Shown here piece by piece: positions 59,623 through 64,000 of a DNA stretch of 64,000 bases (positions are counted from its first letter, which is position 1; each line of letters starts with the position of its first letter). Both the position numbers and the translations under genes were made by a program. The stretch is from Harriotta raleighana (Eukaryota). The notes below the pieces were generated by a model, which saw only the letters and a program-made list of their open reading frames with translations, searched no databases and was not told the origin of the DNA. The stretch is from NCBI GenBank assembly GCA_050575255.1, contig JBNZDD010013669.1, positions 1,074,116-1,138,115 of the forward strand, given 5' to 3'.

Positions 59623-60885
59623 TACAAATGTATGTTGCCAAAACAAGTCACATTAATCATTTTGTTCAGCAACATTTAAAAAAGAGATGCATGCAATAAG
59701 TGTAAGCAGCTAAATCTGTGTTCTTTTGGCCTCATAATTCATCCCTCCACAGAGATTCAGTCACTGTCTTCCACATGCACATGGCAGATTTCTTTTATCT
59801 GCTTCCAACCTTTTCAAAATCCGCAGCAAACCACCATTTTATCTTCGTGCAACATGTGAAATGAACATGAAAGGCTTTTAATCTGCATTCTTTATCATGC
59901 CTCTTTGTACCGAAAGAATCAATTTCAAGATCCTCACTCCCTGAGCTCTCCCTGCCTCTTCAACCTACTCATACAGCACTTTTCAAACCTTCCCCTTCAC
60001 CAACAAACAAAGGCCTGCCACANACTCACACAGCACTTTTCAAACCTTCCCCTTCACCAACAAACAAAGGCCTGCCACACATCCTCTGGCCCCCACTCTG
60101 CACCATAGCAGTTGTGGTTGCGCCTTGACCCATGACCTCCCTAACCTCTGGAAATTGCTGTCTCAATCGTTCATCTTTATCACTTCTTAAATCTCACTTT
60201 AAGAAGTAGCTTTTCAACCTTGCTATGGTCACATCCCTCTCTTGTATTTCACTTGCTTAGCCGTACAGCGCCTCAGGATGTCCTCCCGAGATAAAAGGCG
60301 CTCTATAAATGTAATTTTGTTGTGTTTTACAGCATTCATTCCAAGACTATTTTCCTACAGGTATGAACGAGCAGCAGATGCAAATAACCTCAAATATTAA
60401 TTTGCCTTACTGGCATAAATGTCAAATCATCTGGAACATTTCAATTTGTCTTTTCTTTATTCGTAGAAAAAACAACATTGGAGACAAGTTTAGACGGATA
60501 TTCTGAACTTTTGAAAGGAAAAAATTACAGGACTTTGAAGAAGTCTTGGCTCATGTGAACCTTTCAAAAATGAATAATCCATTTGCACAAGCTCTTTAAC
60601 ATTACTTTTTATGGTGAACTGAGTATTCAAACAGAACATATGTGTTCTTTTGCTAAAACAGTATCACTCTATTAGTTCGCAAAAGAATAATATTCAGGAG
60701 CCTTAAATTCCATCCAGGTCTAGATTTACTTTATTAACATAGCATTTCAGAGCATGCAAGTTTTTGCACCCCATGTGACATGCATTGACTTGAACTACAT
60801 GTAGTAAGGAATGGTGCTGTTGCAGGAATTACAGAACTGTGGGCTGGTTTTGTGGAACTTGAATGAGATAAAAAATTGTGAGATA

Positions 60886-61393
60886 CAGTAAAAGCCCATT
60901 TATCCCGCACCCGCGAGACATGGCCAATGCTGGTTAAACAGCCAGATCCAAAGCCAAAAACCCAACACAAAAAAAAACTTATTTATTTTAACACTAACCA
61001 TATTAATAATAGACTAAATAATAAATAATAACAGAATATTGTATGGGTACTTTAAATGTTGTACACTACTTTAACAGACTACTGTATATACACTAATAAC
61101 AGATGCTCTAATAATAGAATATTGTATTAGTGCTTTATTATTTATACTTAACTTCTGTAATGGTGGCCGCCACGGGAGGAGAAAAAACAGCAGTGTGACT
61201 TTAAAAAAAAAGCTAGGCTCTGCTAGCGGTAAGCTGAAATATCTGTACAGTACTCTCATGTAATCGATTCATTACATGCTCCACCACTATTCTGCCGGAA
61301 AACTTCTGGTTAATCAGATGGGGACTTTTTTAAAAAATGCCGGTTATACAGATGTTCCGGTTCATCGAGTCATGGATAAATGGGCTTTCACTA
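60886..61393. mobile_element. Tigger/pogo-like MITE family A, copy 4
   Basis: ta|cagtaaaagcccatttatcc ... ggataaatgggctttcacta. Confidence 0.88.
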
Positions 61394-61954
61394 TTTATGT
61401 TTTTGTAGAAGGGCAGAAAAGGTAGAGTATTAATAGTGGTGGGCGCTGGAAAACAGCATAAATTGACTGGATGGCTTCCTCTGTGCTGAAAACATTCAAT
61501 AATTCTTCGACTCTTTTGCTCCATAATGAGGATGCATACCTCACCTCCTCTGGGATGCCAGGTCAATGATGCAATCCAGAGACAACAAAATTTCCTTTGG
61601 AGAAAATAGTTTGAGAACAGTAATGAGATCTCTGAGTGACACATGCAGAGCAGATACTTTGGGAGTTGTTCACCTGCCTGTGAGGAATTCTAGTGTCCCT
61701 TATGTTTTGGGATGTTTATATCTACATGATGTGGCTGACAGCACAGAAGCGTGTTTTACACATCTACACATAATTTAATGGAATTTAATGTCGCATTTTA
61801 TTGCGGAAAATGAGGATGAGAGGAGGTAGATGTTATTGGGGTCCTAATCAGCCATGCTTTGTGTGAATGAAGTGGGGTTTGAACCCATAACCTTAACCGA
61901 TAACCTTCTGTCTTGGAGGCGAGAGTGCTACCAACTAAGCCAGGCTGACACTTG

Positions 61955-62055
61955 TATTTCTCATCGAAGGGTTGTGGACCCGAAATGTTGACTCGCTTTC
62001 CTTTCTCCATGGATGCTGCCTGACCTGCTCAGTTTCCCCACCAACTTCTGTTTAC
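61955..62055 (+). mobile_element. Penelope-like terminal repeat remnant
   Basis: tctcatcgaagggttgtggacccgaaatgttg...ccatggatgctgcctgacctgctcag; inverse homolog of 59466-59570. Confidence 0.55.
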
Positions 62056-63620
62056 TCTGTCATGCAACAAACAAAACGTACTGCGTATCTGCACATGATT
62101 CTATCAAGCTTAGGAGACCAGAACAAGAAACATGTAACCCACATACACTAGGTAGTCTTACCTAAAATGTGCTTCCTCATTACTAAAGCTTTATCGCTTT
62201 GCCTTGGCTTCTCGCAGGTTTGAGGTTCAATTATTGATGGGAAATGGGAAAACTTTAATGCTTCCCACATCAACTTTTTGTGAAATATCATTGTTATCCT
62301 CTTGTCTCACTCTTTTTCTTCTCTCCTTGTCTGTATGCTGGAAACTTGTGTATCCTGATGGTCGCTGATGATAAGATCCTGTCCCTTTTTCAATATGGGT
62401 ATGGTTTGGTAAACATGATACTTGATTAAAGAAGAATAATTGTACTTATGGGAAAGTAGCTTTGCGGTTAATCGCAATTTTATTATTCAGCTTTCAGCTA
62501 AAAATAGCCACCAGCAGAGACAATAATTCCAGAGCTATTTCCTCCTTTGATATAAAATATTACAAAAGTACAGAAAAAAACCACTGAAGCATCTTCAAAG
62601 TTTGTTTACATCAAAACTGTGGTTGTACTGAGTGTGACCAGTTAAAGATATTTGCATTGTAGCGAACGGATTATTTCATCTTCCACTATTTTATTTTCCA
62701 ACTCAAATTTGCACAAGTGCCCAGAGTACAATACGAGAGGCAAGCTCCTGAATTTAATGTTTTATGAATTTGAATTTTACTCTCTGTATAACAGGGGTCA
62801 TGGTATATTTTATTCAGTAATGAATGCCACTGATATTATGGACCTACCCAGGTTATTTTGAGTTTGGATCAGATTCATCCTTTGAGGAAGCATCTCTTGA
62901 TGACAAAGGAGCAAGACTGTGTCCGCTTTTCCCCTTTGCTCAGCATCCAACCACTTGTATTGCTGCCGCACTCTGACGCTATCCTGTGGGAAGGGTACTA
63001 TGTAAATGCAACATGTCATTGCCTCACTTGAATAAATAATTCTACCCTTGTTTTCTATTTGCTGTGAAAGCAGATGGGTTTGGAATGTGTGTTCTGTAAC
63101 AGAAATATTTTAATGAACATTTAGAGCTGTGAATGACAAATAGCCTTAAGAAAAACAGTCACATGCTTGTAAATCAAATAACAGTGGATATAAACAGCAG
63201 TGGTTTGAATCTGCCATCTTGAGTAAACATGAATTCAATTTTATTTGGAAATATTACTGCATCAGGCAGCCTCTTTACAATGAAATAATTTTCATCATAA
63301 TTCAGTGTATGGATTTAGACTGGGAAAATATATTTATTTAATGGGAATAGTAAATCCAGAAGCTTTGTATGACTTGGAATTGAGGAGAAAACAGGCAATT
63401 ATTTTTACTGTTTTAGACAAACTATTCACCAAATTTATTGACCTGCCAAAGAACATCTCAGATTTTCTACTGACTTGTCATTTCATTCACTGACGCCCAG
63501 GAACTTTAGTCAGAAAATTGACCAACTGAATTCTGACAAGAGATGAACTTATTAAATAGTTTATAATAACAATAATCCTAATAATCCTAATAATAACTAA
63601 TAATCCTTGCATTTGATATC

Positions 63621-63955
63621 GGAGCTCCTGTGGCTCAGTGGTTAGAGCACTCGCCTTACATGCCTTACAAGCATGAGACCTGTGTTCAAATCCAGGCAGA
63701 TCAGGGCGAAACCTTGGGCAAGTTTCCTTACTCCACATGCCTAATAATAATCCCTCCAAAAAAACCACAATAATAAAATTGGTCATTTCAATCTATGACT
63801 GTTTGTGGGACGCTGCTGTGCGCAATTGGCTGCCGCGTTCCGCCCACAAATATACAGTCAATTCACTTTACAGTATATTCTGTGAAGCGCTTTGGGACGT
63901 TGATAAAATGTGAAAAGCGCTATATCAAATGCAAGGATTATTATTATTATTATTA
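63621..63955 (+). mobile_element. Young full-length tRNA-head/Deu-core/L2-tail SINE (best-preserved copy of the dominant family, which has dozens of fragments across the window)
   Basis: Box A tggctcagtggttagagc, box B gttcaaatcc, Deu core ctgtttgtgggacgctgctgtgcgcaattggctgccgcg, L2-type tail gtgaagcgctttgggacg...aaatgcaaggattattatt. Confidence 0.92.
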
Positions 63956-64000
63956 TATTGTGAGCTACTTTAAAGTGTGGTTGCCATTTTGCGCATACTA

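Noticed and set aside
59966-60080. Short tandem duplication in an L2 remnant
   Set aside because: Centred on N at 60023; artefact
63621-63700. tRNA-like sequences (also at 10038, 17342, about 41875)
   Set aside because: SINE heads continuing into Deu core and L2 tail; no intact cloverleaf
1-64000. Prokaryotic systems (CRISPR, operons, defence islands)
   Set aside because: Spliced vertebrate gene and vertebrate repeats throughout; no such features present

Overview
This is eukaryotic (vertebrate) genomic DNA, not prokaryotic. The repeat content (DeuSINE-core tRNA SINEs with L2 tails, L2/CR1 LINEs, Penelope ends) points to a cartilaginous fish, probably a chimaera. The window holds the complete coding region of GULP1 (PTB-domain engulfment adaptor, CED-6 homolog) on the + strand: 10 constitutive GT-AG coding exons from 5064 to 52438 (915 nt, 304 aa). 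It also has a 222-nt cassette exon, an 11-nt frameshifting micro-exon that swaps the C-terminus, and a repeat-poor 3' UTR. Introns are filled with SINEs, L2/CR1 fragments, Tigger/pogo-type and hAT MITEs. The two most unusual objects are (1) a TA-flanked Tc1/mariner-type MITE (43481-44292) that appears to have captured the first coding exon of an unrelated gene, ZFYVE28/LST2 ([26 protein letters not shown]), and (2) a young TSD-flanked composite SVA-like retroposon (18015-19270) built from a GC-rich ORF with a VNTR, duplicated SINE cores and an L2 tail. Seven single-N junctions with flanking duplications are assembly artefacts. Most ORFs in the supplied track are spurious. Gene and repeat-family identities come from recalled sequences, not database searches.
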